Shown here in pieces: positions 51,169 to 61,127 of a stretch of 64,000 nt of DNA. Position 1 is the first letter of the stretch. Each line of letters starts with the position of its first letter. Source of the DNA: an uncultured Gammaproteobacteria bacterium (lineage in GTDB: Bacteria > Patescibacteriota > Patescibacteriia > Magasanikbacterales > GWA2-37-8); contig CAZWKA010000004.1 in the NCBI GenBank assembly GCA_964634875.1, positions 15,640 to 79,639 on the forward strand, written 5' to 3'. A program made the translations under genes and the position numbers. Below the pieces are notes generated by a model. It was given only the letters and a program-made list of their open reading frames with translations, did no database searches and was not told the DNA's origin.

Positions 51169-52836
51169 ATGAAAAAACATGTTGAGCTGACAATCTTTCT
51201 TGTCACGCTCTTGTTCGGTGCGCTGAGCCTCAATACTGCTGAGGCAGCTAACCGCCCCACACTGGTAGCCACTTCTTTGAGCGGAGATTGGGTAGAGACC
51301 CGAGTTATCGGCGAACCCAATAGCCCTGTAGAATTATCATTCTACAAGCCGGGAAATACTATTTCCACAACGATATCGAACTTAGGGTCAACCGATACCA
51401 GTGGCAATCTAACCCTGAATGTCAGCAGTGGTTTATACGGGATACCCCAGGGTGCTACAGCATCAGTAACCGTACAAGGAATGCAGTCTTCATCTATCCT
51501 ATGGCCCGATTATTCCGTCAGTGGACTTACCATAACTCCCACCAGCGTACACCTGCTGCCAGGCCAAAATTTTACAGTAAACGCATCGGGGCCAGTGTAT
51601 GTTGCGAGTAATACAAACACTGCCGTGACTACCGCTTCCACCACTAACAACCAAATAACGATACATGGTTTAAGTGCCGGATCAGCCCAACTAATAATCT
51701 GCCAAAGCACAACAGGCTGCCTCACTCTACCCGTCACTGTAGGACAATCCGGGACAAGCACCAGCACTACGACTTCTACAGTTACCCTAGGACAAAATAA
51801 CCTTACCCTCTACAACGGCCAAAATACCAGTATTTCCATTTTGGGTGGCGGTGACAACTACGTATTCTCAAACCCTTCAACGAGCAATGCTTCGTTGTTC
51901 AATGCCATTATTAACGGGAGCGTCTTAAACCTGCAGGGAAGGGCAGACACTGGGACGGGAACTGTAACAGTTTGCGCCGCTAACGATGCCAATAACTGCA
52001 GCACTCTCACAATTACCACTGCCTCCCCAGCTTCGGTACCGCTTGTACTTAGTGGCAATAATCTTGTCCTTGCGTCAGGACAGAACCAAACTATCACTAT
52101 CTCCGGAGGTGCAGGAAGTTATTACGTTTCGAGCAACTCGAACATTGGCGCCGTCGGGACAACCATTAACGGCGGAACCCTTTCACTCCAGGGAAACGGG
52201 ACAAGCCCCGCGAACATTGTGATCTGCGCCCAAAACGCGCCAGCCAATTGTATCACGCTCTACGTTAACCCCGCCGGAAATATTCCATCGTCAGGTACAA
52301 CCGATCCCGGACTCGTACTGAGCATTCCATTACACATCGGACAGACCTTCCCCTTTTCAGTCTGGGGCATGGGCACTGAAAATTTCACGGTAACATCAAA
52401 CTCAGATTCCGGCGTTGCAACTGCGAGCGCTACAGGCAATATCCTGACCATCACCGGACGAAGTGCTGGCCAGGCAGACATTAAATTCTGTCGAAGCTCT
52501 AATGGCACTTGCGGAATAATTTCGATTACCGTTGGCACAGCTCCTTCCAGCGCCTACACCTTTCCATTTGTTCCAGCTGTAACAGTACAGAAAGCCAGTA
52601 ATCGCACCATGCTCACATGGAACAAGGATACGGCCGTTACTCACTACGATGGTTACATCATATATCGTTCTGAGAAACAAAATATGCGTGGTAGCGAGAT
52701 TGCGCGTATCGATAAAAACCAAACTACTTACTTCGATATGAATATCGAAAGCGCCCATCGCTACTATTATACGCCTGTGTACTATCGGGGTGGATTAATT
52801 TCGAATGCTGACACACAAGTATCAATCCAACTATAA
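51169..52836 (+). CDS. Secreted S/T/G/N-rich protein with repeated Ig-like modules and a C-terminal Fn3-like domain
   Basis: Signal peptide; four repeats ending in a Cys pair; YIIYRS; start placed at ATG 51169. Confidence 0.75.
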   Translation: MKKHVELTIFLVTLLFGALSLNTAEAANRPTLVATSLSGDWVETRVIGEPNSPVELSFYKPGNTISTTISNLGSTDTSGNLTLNVSSGLYGIPQGATASVTVQGMQSSSILWPDYSVSGLTITPTSVHLLPGQNFTVNASGPVYVASNTNTAVTTASTTNNQITIHGLSAGSAQLIICQSTTGCLTLPVTVGQSGTSTSTTTSTVTLGQNNLTLYNGQNTSISILGGGDNYVFSNPSTSNASLFNAIINGSVLNLQGRADTGTGTVTVCAANDANNCSTLTITTASPASVPLVLSGNNLVLASGQNQTITISGGAGSYYVSSNSNIGAVGTTINGGTLSLQGNGTSPANIVICAQNAPANCITLYVNPAGNIPSSGTTDPGLVLSIPLHIGQTFPFSVWGMGTENFTVTSNSDSGVATASATGNILTITGRSAGQADIKFCRSSNGTCGIISITVGTAPSSAYTFPFVPAVTVQKASNRTMLTWNKDTAVTHYDGYIIYRSEKQNMRGSEIARIDKNQTTYFDMNIESAHRYYYTPVYYRGGLISNADTQVSIQL

Positions 52837-53032
52837 AACCTCTACCGCTCAAAAAACCTCCTTCCTTGGAGGTTTTTTGTTAGGCCGGAAAAAGCACAAG
52901 CTACATCAAAGAATAGTTGTAAAAATTCTTCATTTAGAACATTCTTAAGTAAATTGACAAAAAATTACTCCTTGGTATACTAAAAATAATGGTGGCCTCA
53001 CCGCTAACAGATTATTCAGTAATATTGTCACT

Positions 53033-53110
53033 ATGGTGCTCAATACTTTTGACGGAGAAGAAACAAACCCTACAACTGAACCAGCTACAGAAGAAACAAC
53101 ACAAGCCTAA
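53033..53110 (+). CDS. Candidate 25-aa acidic micro-protein
   Basis: MVLNTFDGEETNPTTEPATEETTQA, between a TTGACA-16-TATACT promoter and a terminator at about 53124-53157. Confidence 0.4.
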   Translation: MVLNTFDGEETNPTTEPATEETTQA

Positions 53111-53172
53111 CTTCCAACGTACCAAAAACACCTTCCTGTAACCAGGAAGGTGTTTTTAGTATATCTAACTAT

Positions 53173-54186
53173 TTATAAATTCTTTTTAAAAAATTCAACG
53201 GTTCTTTTCCAAGCTACGCCAAAATTACCGCTGATGTTATGATTATCGCCGCGATATTCATGATACACCACGCTTTTACCTTCCTTAATTAGCTCTTCCT
53301 TTAAGCGACGCGAAAGCTCGACCGGCACACTTGCATCACCCGTCGCATGCTGAAGCTCAATTCGAGCAGTTATATCTTTAAGGTATGTATAAGGATCAAT
53401 TGTATTCCAAAATTCCAGGTTTGTACTTGGAAGCCCATTATTCACAACAAGGGGGTGAGTCGTATTTTTTAAGAATGGGATCTTAGCATTATATGTTTCC
53501 AACATGTCAGGAAAACTCCCTACTACCCCGGCCCAGAGTGAAGCCGCTTTGATATCTTTTGAGATAACCAGCGCCCGAAGACCTGTTTCTCCACCATTAG
53601 AATGACCCCAATACCCTATCCTGGTCGGATCAACTGCCGAATGCTTTTTTAAATAAGCAACCGCCTCTAGAGTATCAATAACATATTTTTCAGAAAAATG
53701 CGCTGACACGGGTTCGCCCTCGGACGCACCATGCCCCCGCAAGTCGGGCTTAAAGGTAACAAAACCGTTTCGAGCTAGGACTGCCTGGTAGTTGGCATAA
53801 TTTTTGGTGGTAGAATATTGGGCGGGCGGGATATAGCCATGAACAAAAATAATTGCCGGAAAACCATTGGCTGGTTTTGGGGCAGTGGGGATCGTCAAAA
53901 GACCATAAATTTTGAAACCATCAGCACGGTACGAAGCGATAAATTGCTGATAATCTGATCCTTCGGATACTGTTTTTTCAATCACGAAATCTCCACCCGC
54001 ATATTCACGTTGGCGCAGCGCGGCAATTGCCATAGGAGTAACTTCGGAGGGCTTTTGTTCAACAAACGGGGTGATCGCTGTGGCTGGGCTACCAGCGATG
54101 TTACCCGACATGTATCGGCTAAAAAATACCAAACCGACCCCAATAAAAATAAATACTATGAGCACTATTTTTTTCTGATGTTTCAT
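53173..54186 (-). CDS. Membrane-anchored alpha/beta hydrolase (peptidase S9-like)
   Basis: HGY, DLRGHG, GHSNGG, D..V and GDNHN. Confidence 0.85.
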   Translation of the reverse strand: MKHQKKIVLIVFIFIGVGLVFFSRYMSGNIAGSPATAITPFVEQKPSEVTPMAIAALRQREYAGGDFVIEKTVSEGSDYQQFIASYRADGFKIYGLLTIPTAPKPANGFPAIIFVHGYIPPAQYSTTKNYANYQAVLARNGFVTFKPDLRGHGASEGEPVSAHFSEKYVIDTLEAVAYLKKHSAVDPTRIGYWGHSNGGETGLRALVISKDIKAASLWAGVVGSFPDMLETYNAKIPFLKNTTHPLVVNNGLPSTNLEFWNTIDPYTYLKDITARIELQHATGDASVPVELSRRLKEELIKEGKSVVYHEYRGDNHNISGNFGVAWKRTVEFFKKNL

Positions 54187-54285
54187 ATCATTTTTATATA
54201 TTTCAAGTGTAGCATTAAACCTCTCTTCTGAAAATAAAGTTGACTAATTCCCTGGATCTGGTCTACTAAAGACTAGGAGGATTTG

Positions 54286-54801
54286 ATGAAAAAAATTGCC
54301 TACCCCGCGTTCGCTTGCGTTGCCGCAATTTGTATCAGTGCGCTCAGCGGCTACCAAATCTGTCGGCTCAGAGCCGGAACCGAAATCCAAACACACTGCA
54401 GCCAAAAACATGGACAGCCGTGCTACAGCGAAATAACGGGCGAAGTGTCAGTTGGCAGCCACTGCCGTTACCTGGATGAATCATTCCGGGAAACGGATCG
54501 CTTCACTGCTGCGACAACCTATGGCGAACTGCTCATTGGCCGAACGTTCATTGGCACCGCCAACGCTGTTGCGGTAGTCTGCACAAGAAATAACCAGCTC
54601 TTTTGGCCAGAAGCTCGCGGCCTACCTCGCCAGTCTTGGCAGGCAAATGCAAGTAACCGTCATTGGCAAAAACGTGGCGAGGAATATTTATTATCCTCTA
54701 GCAAAAAACGCTTTGAACAGGAGCGTTCGTGCCACTCTTTTTCCACAACTTCCCCACCCTCTCACAAACAGTCACCAAACGAGTCACTCGGCACCATCTA
54801 A
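54286..54801 (+). CDS. Hypothetical secreted Cys-containing orphan
   Basis: AGGAGG RBS, signal-like N-terminus, TTGACT promoter. Confidence 0.5.
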   Translation: MKKIAYPAFACVAAICISALSGYQICRLRAGTEIQTHCSQKHGQPCYSEITGEVSVGSHCRYLDESFRETDRFTAATTYGELLIGRTFIGTANAVAVVCTRNNQLFWPEARGLPRQSWQANASNRHWQKRGEEYLLSSSKKRFEQERSCHSFSTTSPPSHKQSPNESLGTI

Positions 54802-54993
54802 AGTCTCTGACGTTCCTGTTAGAGACTTCTTCTTTGCTAAAAATTGATGCATCAAAAACTACAGGAGGCATATGAATTACTTTACTTACTAAAATAACCC
54901 CGGCAAATACCGAGGTTATTTTTTGAGCGCCCTCTCAAAACTACCATCTGAAGTATCCTGCATTTCCTACAAATAAGAAAGGCGGGAAAGGCT

Positions 54994-55521
54994 TCAGGTG
55001 GAAGCCAGAGGGGTTGTAGAATGCGAGGGCTGCGCCGGAGGTCGTGGAGGAGGGATAGTAGCCGAGCTGCGCAGATACCGCTCCGACCAACAATCATCAC
55101 TTCCTTGGGCACGATAGCGGACAATTAAATTAAATCCGCTTGGGGTCAAAGTGCCACTAAGCACAGCCTCGAGCTTAATTGGCCAAGGCGGCAAGATAAG
55201 TTTCGTCTGCAGTGGACCATGGTACCATATCGTACCATTAACCGGTTTGTACTGAAGCGGCAAACGAAGCCTGTACCTGTGTAAACCGGTCTGTCTGCCT
55301 TCAGCGACTAATTGCTTATCAGAAAAAAAGATCTCTACTTCACCTAAAACAGGTGTCCGAAGCTTGTAAGCCGAATCGGTGCAGGCATTACTGGCACCGT
55401 AGGCCTGGTAACGAAACTTGAACTTGCCAAAAGGCTGTTCCTCGGGCGAAGCGGCCGAAAGCGGCTGGCCAACGAGAAGGCCGACAGCTAGAGCAATTGC
55501 AAATATTTTCTGCGCCATCAT
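54994..55521 (-). CDS. Hypothetical secreted orphan
   Basis: AAGGAGG RBS, signal peptide, TTGACA promoter. Confidence 0.55.
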   Translation of the reverse strand: MMAQKIFAIALAVGLLVGQPLSAASPEEQPFGKFKFRYQAYGASNACTDSAYKLRTPVLGEVEIFFSDKQLVAEGRQTGLHRYRLRLPLQYKPVNGTIWYHGPLQTKLILPPWPIKLEAVLSGTLTPSGFNLIVRYRAQGSDDCWSERYLRSSATIPPPRPPAQPSHSTTPLAST

Positions 55522-55861
55522 CTGCCTCCTTATCTGGCATTAGTAGACACTATTTTTAACTTTTTGTCAAGGTAAAACCAGATTAAAAAGCACGCCCCAA
55601 GTAAAAGTGGCGTGCCAATGGTAAGCAAATCAGTCCTTAGCGGAAAAAGATAAAATAAATAATCAGTGCCAAGAAAAAACCTCCACCTAGAAACCAGGCA
55701 ATAAAATACGACTTAATGAAATCAAACATACTTTTCTTATTATGAATAAACCTTACAGGTACACTACGCCACCCCAAAATAAAAAGCAACCTGGCATCAT
55801 TTAGAATAGTTAAAGATAAAAATTGACAAAAAGCTTAAACCACTTCATAGTTATGAAGGCT

Positions 55862-56926
55862 ATGACAAAAAAAATTTCTCCATCAAAAAATAAAAAAACA
55901 CCTTCGTTACAAAACGGACTGCGCTATGTGCATCCTGAAAAATTAACTATTACCCGGGTCAAAGTCGGTAAAAATTTTACTTATTACGAAACTGACGGGA
56001 ACCAAATAACCGATGCAGACGTACTTAAGCGCATTGAAGACCTCCACATTCCTCCTGCCTACCACGAAGTCCGTATTTGTCCGTTTAGCAACGGCCACCT
56101 GCAAGCTACCGGTAAAGATGAGCGGCAACGAACGCAATATCTGTACCACCCGGAATGGCGCACACTGCGTGATACCAATAAATTCCATCGCCTGCTTAAA
56201 TTTGGCCAGGTGCTTCCGAGCGTTCGCCGCACTGTCCGGGAACAACTAAAGCTGCGAGGCAGCCCCCGTAAAAAAATTTTGGCGACAGTAGTTTCGATCT
56301 TGGACAAAACTTACATTCGTATCGGCAACGAAGCCTATGCTAAGGCCAATAAGTCCTATGGACTCACCACTCTTCACAACCACCATGCCCGTGTTACTGG
56401 TGACGACATAGAATTTAGTTTTCGTGGCAAACGTGGTATTGCGCACACCATCAAACTTCACGACCACCGACTTGCCAAAATTATCCATAATTGCCAAGAG
56501 CTACCCGGCTATGAACTTTTTGAATACAAAGATAGTCGGCACAACATTCATTCAATTGAATCAACCGACGTTAATGATTACCTCAAAAGCATTTGCCGAG
56601 ACGACTTTACTGCCAAAGATTTCCGCACCTGGCACGCCACAGTTTTGGCCTTAAAATACTTACTCGATCTTTCTCCTGGACAAACAACAACGGAAATCAA
56701 AAAAAATATTATCGAAACAATCAAACAAGTTGCCGCGCAACTTGGCAACACGCCGACAATTTGTAAAAAATCATACATTCACCCCGGTGTCTTAACCAGT
56801 TATAGCAACAATCGTTTGGCGGCGCTCTCCAAAGCAATAAACCACAGTAAATTTGCGCGCCTGAGTCTTACGGCCGAAGAAAAAATGACATTGATATTTT
56901 TGGAACAACACGATAAAAACATCTAA
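55862..56926 (+). CDS. DNA topoisomerase IB (bacterial, poxvirus-like)
   Basis: IPPAY, GHLQATG, IRIGNEAY, FRGKRG, AKDFRTW, LGNTPTICKKSYIHP; start placed at ATG 55862. Confidence 0.92.
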   Translation: MTKKISPSKNKKTPSLQNGLRYVHPEKLTITRVKVGKNFTYYETDGNQITDADVLKRIEDLHIPPAYHEVRICPFSNGHLQATGKDERQRTQYLYHPEWRTLRDTNKFHRLLKFGQVLPSVRRTVREQLKLRGSPRKKILATVVSILDKTYIRIGNEAYAKANKSYGLTTLHNHHARVTGDDIEFSFRGKRGIAHTIKLHDHRLAKIIHNCQELPGYELFEYKDSRHNIHSIESTDVNDYLKSICRDDFTAKDFRTWHATVLALKYLLDLSPGQTTTEIKKNIIETIKQVAAQLGNTPTICKKSYIHPGVLTSYSNNRLAALSKAINHSKFARLSLTAEEKMTLIFLEQHDKNI

Positions 56927-57053
56927 ACAATTCACAACGTATCATGTGCGCATGGTATAAAAAAATAAACTTATCCACCGCACGTCTTTACATTAAAAAA
57001 ATATAAGCTTACCGTACCTATAGGGAAGCATTTTTATTATTAATGCAAATTTT

Positions 57054-58736
57054 ATGAGCAACCGTTTTAAAAAAATAAGCAGCAGCTTACTCATCCTCAG
57101 TTTTTTGGTAACCGGCACTTTATTTTCACCACTACCACCGGTAAACGCCGCAGTTCCACCGACGATTACGAGCCCAACAAACAATCAGGTATTCTCAAAT
57201 TACCCACGACGTTTCGAGCTCAAATGGAATACCGTGGCTAATGTAAATAATTATACCGTCAGCATCGAATGTGATCTATGCAAGGACCCGCGCTACGACG
57301 GGTTCTGGCCTGAAGTCGCAAACTTTACCACCGGAAGCACAAGCTACACATATGATGCGCTACCTATCGACACCACCTACCGTGTCCGTGTACGAGCCAA
57401 CTACTCAAACGGTGAAAATGCCTGGTCAGAATACCAATATTTTCGTTTTGCCACACTCAACCTGCCTACCCCAACACTGCAAAATCCAACCGCTAATCAA
57501 GTGATAACCGCCCCTACCCCCGCCGTAACCTGGACAAGTGTACCCCAAGCAACACGTTATGCTTTGCAATGGGAATGCAAGACCTGTGGTGGCGGAGCAG
57601 ATTGGTCGGATAGCCATTTTATCGATACAAATACTGCTGTCACTAACTATCTTCTAACCTTGCCGCAAACTGCTAATGACTACCGTGTTCGCATACAGGC
57701 AATCGACATCCACTACAACCGCAGTGTTTGGTCTGATTACACCTACTTCCGTTATACTACCGGAACCCCCGGAACGACACTCCCAAACCCACCGACCATA
57801 ACGCGCCCGCAAAGCAATGACGTTATTACTGCCGCCTCGGTAAACATATCATGGAATGCCCTCGCCGGTGCTTCAACATACGATGTCGAACTTATTTGCG
57901 CTGATTGCTCAATCTCAGAAGCTAACAACGATCCTGATAAAATTATTTACCGCGCTTACGGTACCAACAGCACTTCACTCACCATCACGCTGCCTTCGCT
58001 CAATCGCCACTTCACCTTCCGGGTCAAAGGCAAAGCAACCGACGGAGCACAGAGCCCTTGGGCAACCGTTAACTTTGAGACCGCTTCAACCAGCAACCTG
58101 GCAACCACCATCACGTACCCAACCAACGGGCAAATCATCCAAAACAATGACCGAAGCGTGGACATAACTTGGCAAGCTGTCCCAGGTGCCACCGACTACC
58201 AGCTTGTTGTCGATTGCGCAAACTGCAGCAACTACGGGCCACTTCCCACATCTGGTTACTTCACCGGAATTCAGGGAACCTCAAAAACACTCCAACTCGC
58301 ATCGTTCAAAAACTACACTGTCATGGTTCGCCCTCGCTTTGGCACCAACGCTTACGGCGCAATCGGACCCTGGGCCACAGTAACATTTGAACTACGCGGC
58401 ACAATCCCCAACCCTCCACCAACAACCGGCCTCGCCATTACAGCGCCTTTTAACGGCCAACGTATTAGCCAGACCTCCCGTCAAATCAGTAGTAACTGGC
58501 AAGGCGTCCCTACCAATAGTCAGGCAATCGTCTTCCTAGAATGCAACTCCTGCAGCGCCTTTGGCAGCGGTTGGCAAATGGTAACCCCTTATATTGCTGA
58601 ATCTGGCACGACCACCACAACCTTCACCCTTCCCGAAGGTAACCGTCGCTACCGCCTCCGAATCTGGACTCCTGGCACTGACCAAAGCTATGGAAAATGG
58701 AGCGCTTACAACACCTTTACCTTCGTCCAACGATAA
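57054..58736 (+). CDS. Secreted protein with five Fn3-like repeats, each carrying CxxC
   Basis: Signal peptide; P.N.Q..W..V..Y repeats with CDLC, CKTC, CADC, CANC and CNSC. Confidence 0.75.
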   Translation: MSNRFKKISSSLLILSFLVTGTLFSPLPPVNAAVPPTITSPTNNQVFSNYPRRFELKWNTVANVNNYTVSIECDLCKDPRYDGFWPEVANFTTGSTSYTYDALPIDTTYRVRVRANYSNGENAWSEYQYFRFATLNLPTPTLQNPTANQVITAPTPAVTWTSVPQATRYALQWECKTCGGGADWSDSHFIDTNTAVTNYLLTLPQTANDYRVRIQAIDIHYNRSVWSDYTYFRYTTGTPGTTLPNPPTITRPQSNDVITAASVNISWNALAGASTYDVELICADCSISEANNDPDKIIYRAYGTNSTSLTITLPSLNRHFTFRVKGKATDGAQSPWATVNFETASTSNLATTITYPTNGQIIQNNDRSVDITWQAVPGATDYQLVVDCANCSNYGPLPTSGYFTGIQGTSKTLQLASFKNYTVMVRPRFGTNAYGAIGPWATVTFELRGTIPNPPPTTGLAITAPFNGQRISQTSRQISSNWQGVPTNSQAIVFLECNSCSAFGSGWQMVTPYIAESGTTTTTFTLPEGNRRYRLRIWTPGTDQSYGKWSAYNTFTFVQR

Positions 58737-58857
58737 GATACGTGGTTCTAAAAATAAGAAAACACAGCTTTACCAAGCTGTGTTTTTGCCCCAGCCCTTG
58801 CTATTTAAACCAATCTAGAGTAGCCTTGCTGGATACCTTATTAATTAAGCTCGTTCC

Positions 58858-59487
58858 ATGAAAAATTTTAGAGACAACAACGCTGGCGGTTTCGATCGCC
58901 CGCGCAAGCCTTTTGGCAAAGGAAACTTTGGCAACCGCCCTTTTGGTGGAGGCAACCGCAGCTTTGGCTCACAAGGCGGTGAAAAACGCGAAATGTTTGA
59001 CGCTACCTGCAGCACTTGCGGCAAAGATTGCAAAATTCCCTTTCGCCCATCAGCTGGACGTGCAGTTTTCTGCAGCAACTGTTTTGACCGTGAAGGTGGC
59101 GGCAGTGCACCGCGCTTTGGCGGGAATAACTTCAGCAAGCCCAGTTTTGAAGATAAAAAAATGTTCCAAGCCACTTGTGGCAAATGTGGCACAACATGCG
59201 AAGTTCCATTCCGCCCACTCGCTGGCAAGCCAGTATTTTGTAACAATTGTTTTGATAAGGGCGGGGTTAACGCCAATAAAAGCATTGAGAACCTCAAAGA
59301 ACAACTCGACCAATTGAATGAAAAATTGGACCGCATCCTCATCGCGCTTTTACCTGCGGAAAGCAAGGCAGCTGTCCTCAAAAAAGAAGAAGCCATCGGT
59401 AAGAAAAAAACCAAAGAAAAAGAAATAGATGCTGAACCAAAAGCAGTAGCAAAAAAGCCAGCTGCAAAAACAAAAAAGAAAAAATAA
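58858..59487 (+). CDS. CxxC-x17-CxxC zinc-ribbon protein (two copies)
   Basis: MFDATCSTCG..PFRP..VFCSNCF and MFQATCGKCG..PFRP..VFCNNCF. Confidence 0.85.
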   Translation: MKNFRDNNAGGFDRPRKPFGKGNFGNRPFGGGNRSFGSQGGEKREMFDATCSTCGKDCKIPFRPSAGRAVFCSNCFDREGGGSAPRFGGNNFSKPSFEDKKMFQATCGKCGTTCEVPFRPLAGKPVFCNNCFDKGGVNANKSIENLKEQLDQLNEKLDRILIALLPAESKAAVLKKEEAIGKKKTKEKEIDAEPKAVAKKPAAKTKKKK

Positions 59488-59548
59488 TACTCTGTCATTT
59501 TCAAAAATACCATCCTGCCTAAGGATGGTATTTTTTATAAAAGCGCAA

Positions 59549-60046
59549 TTATTCAACCCGCACAATCCTATACTCAATCTCCTTATTTGCCAATCGAACA
59601 CATACCCTATCCCCTACTTCGTGCCCAATAAGCGCCTTACCAACCGGTGAGTTATGTGAAATAATCCCCTGCCCTGGTTTTGTCTCGGTAGAACCTAAAA
59701 TCTGATACGTTCTTTCTTTGTGGCCATCAGTAATTGTAACCGTACTTCCTACTTGGACTTGTCCGTTCATCTGATGCTCGATGACCACTACTTGTTTTAA
59801 CTGGATCTCAATTGACAACATGCGACTGTTAATACCCCGCAAACGCCCTTTAGCCAGCTGATATTCAGCATTTTCTGAAAAATCACCCAGCTCTGCCAAG
59901 CGTTTTACTTCAGCTGCTGCTTCGGGACGACTAACGTTTTTTAGTCGATCCAATTTTCTTTCTAACTCCAAAAATTTTTCCTGCGTGACTAGTGGGTCGG
60001 TTTTCATTTGGGCGAACTTGCCCGGCTTTCGATAGGGTATTTGCAT
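59549..60046 (-). CDS. GreA/GreB-family transcription elongation factor
   Basis: GDFSENAEY and ISHNSPVGKAL. Confidence 0.92.
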   Translation of the reverse strand: MQIPYRKPGKFAQMKTDPLVTQEKFLELERKLDRLKNVSRPEAAAEVKRLAELGDFSENAEYQLAKGRLRGINSRMLSIEIQLKQVVVIEHQMNGQVQVGSTVTITDGHKERTYQILGSTETKPGQGIISHNSPVGKALIGHEVGDRVCVRLANKEIEYRIVRVE

Positions 60047-60171
60047 AAGATACTATACTAACATAATCCCTTTAAAACAAAAATATCCTCTTCTGTGAGA
60101 ATATTTTTGTACACCCCGAATCTCTTGCCTGCGGCTAAAAAAGATTCGGTGAGAAGCGGCAGTGCTGCAGC

Positions 60172-61011
60172 CTAGAAGCTGAACGAACGAGAACGAACAT
60201 CCTCAGGCAACTTGTCCGGATCAAAGGCAAGAATCCGACGGATCAAGACATCTTCGCCGAACAACGCCACCGTTGCCGGATATGGCCGCAACAAATGTGG
60301 CACGAGACGCTTAAAGAGGAGCCTAACGACCACCAATTGTAGCCAGTTAAGCTGGGTCTTGAGATAGAGCACGTGCCCAACCTCGTCCACCAGAATCTCA
60401 GTCAGGTTGGTGAAAACCCAGTCCCGAGCCCCTGGATGAGCAGCAAGCTGTCTTTCTCCTTCCTCACGGAGCACCAGGAAAAATTCTACACCAACAATCT
60501 CCGCCATAAAGACAAGTACGTTCCGGACGAACGCAGGCATCAAGCTGATAAGCATCAGGAAAAACCTCATAAATCCCCGGGGATCAGTTCGTTCCAACGA
60601 AACACCGCAAGCCCCGGCCGCGTCAGCGATAAGGGCGCCGTGCTCCAACTCCTCAAGCTCAATGTAGAACATGACGTCTTCCGGATTATCAGACTTTCGC
60701 CGAGCCAGAAAAAGCCTAACTCCGAAATCTTCAGCCTGGTTTACTCCGGCAAGCGCAGCAAGCCAGAGGGCAAATCGCCCAAAGCCAGCAAGCTCACAAG
60801 GAGACCCAGCTCGCCTGGCAGCAACGTACTCTTCGTGGGGCACCACACCCGTGAACATGGGCCTCATGCCACGACGCATCCGGTTTTCCGCGCGCCGCTT
60901 CAATCGACGGGTACAAAGATCAGGTTCGCCATCACGTTCTTTGGTGACCTCCAAGAACCTCTCGGCCAGTCGTCGTCTTTTCGCTCGTGGAATAGATTGG
61001 AAAAGAAGCAT
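60172..61011 (-). CDS. Ferritin-like (di-iron four-helix bundle) hypothetical protein
   Basis: E..EELEH and E..DEVGH pairs; GGAGG RBS. Confidence 0.6.
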   Translation of the reverse strand: MLLFQSIPRAKRRRLAERFLEVTKERDGEPDLCTRRLKRRAENRMRRGMRPMFTGVVPHEEYVAARRAGSPCELAGFGRFALWLAALAGVNQAEDFGVRLFLARRKSDNPEDVMFYIELEELEHGALIADAAGACGVSLERTDPRGFMRFFLMLISLMPAFVRNVLVFMAEIVGVEFFLVLREEGERQLAAHPGARDWVFTNLTEILVDEVGHVLYLKTQLNWLQLVVVRLLFKRLVPHLLRPYPATVALFGEDVLIRRILAFDPDKLPEDVRSRSFSF

Positions 61012-61127
61012 GGCATACCACCTCCAATGGCTCCTCTATTAAACAGTAAACTGGGACGCTGTCAAACAAAAATTATTATAAATGGCAAGACTGTGTTATA
61101 CTGAAACCATATTTTTTATAATTAAAT

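Noticed and set aside
58845-59513. 222-aa minus-strand ORF
   Set aside because: Mirror frame of the CxxC-x17-CxxC gene.
60373-61104. 243-aa plus-strand ORF
   Set aside because: Antisense to the ferritin-like gene, with no motif or RBS.
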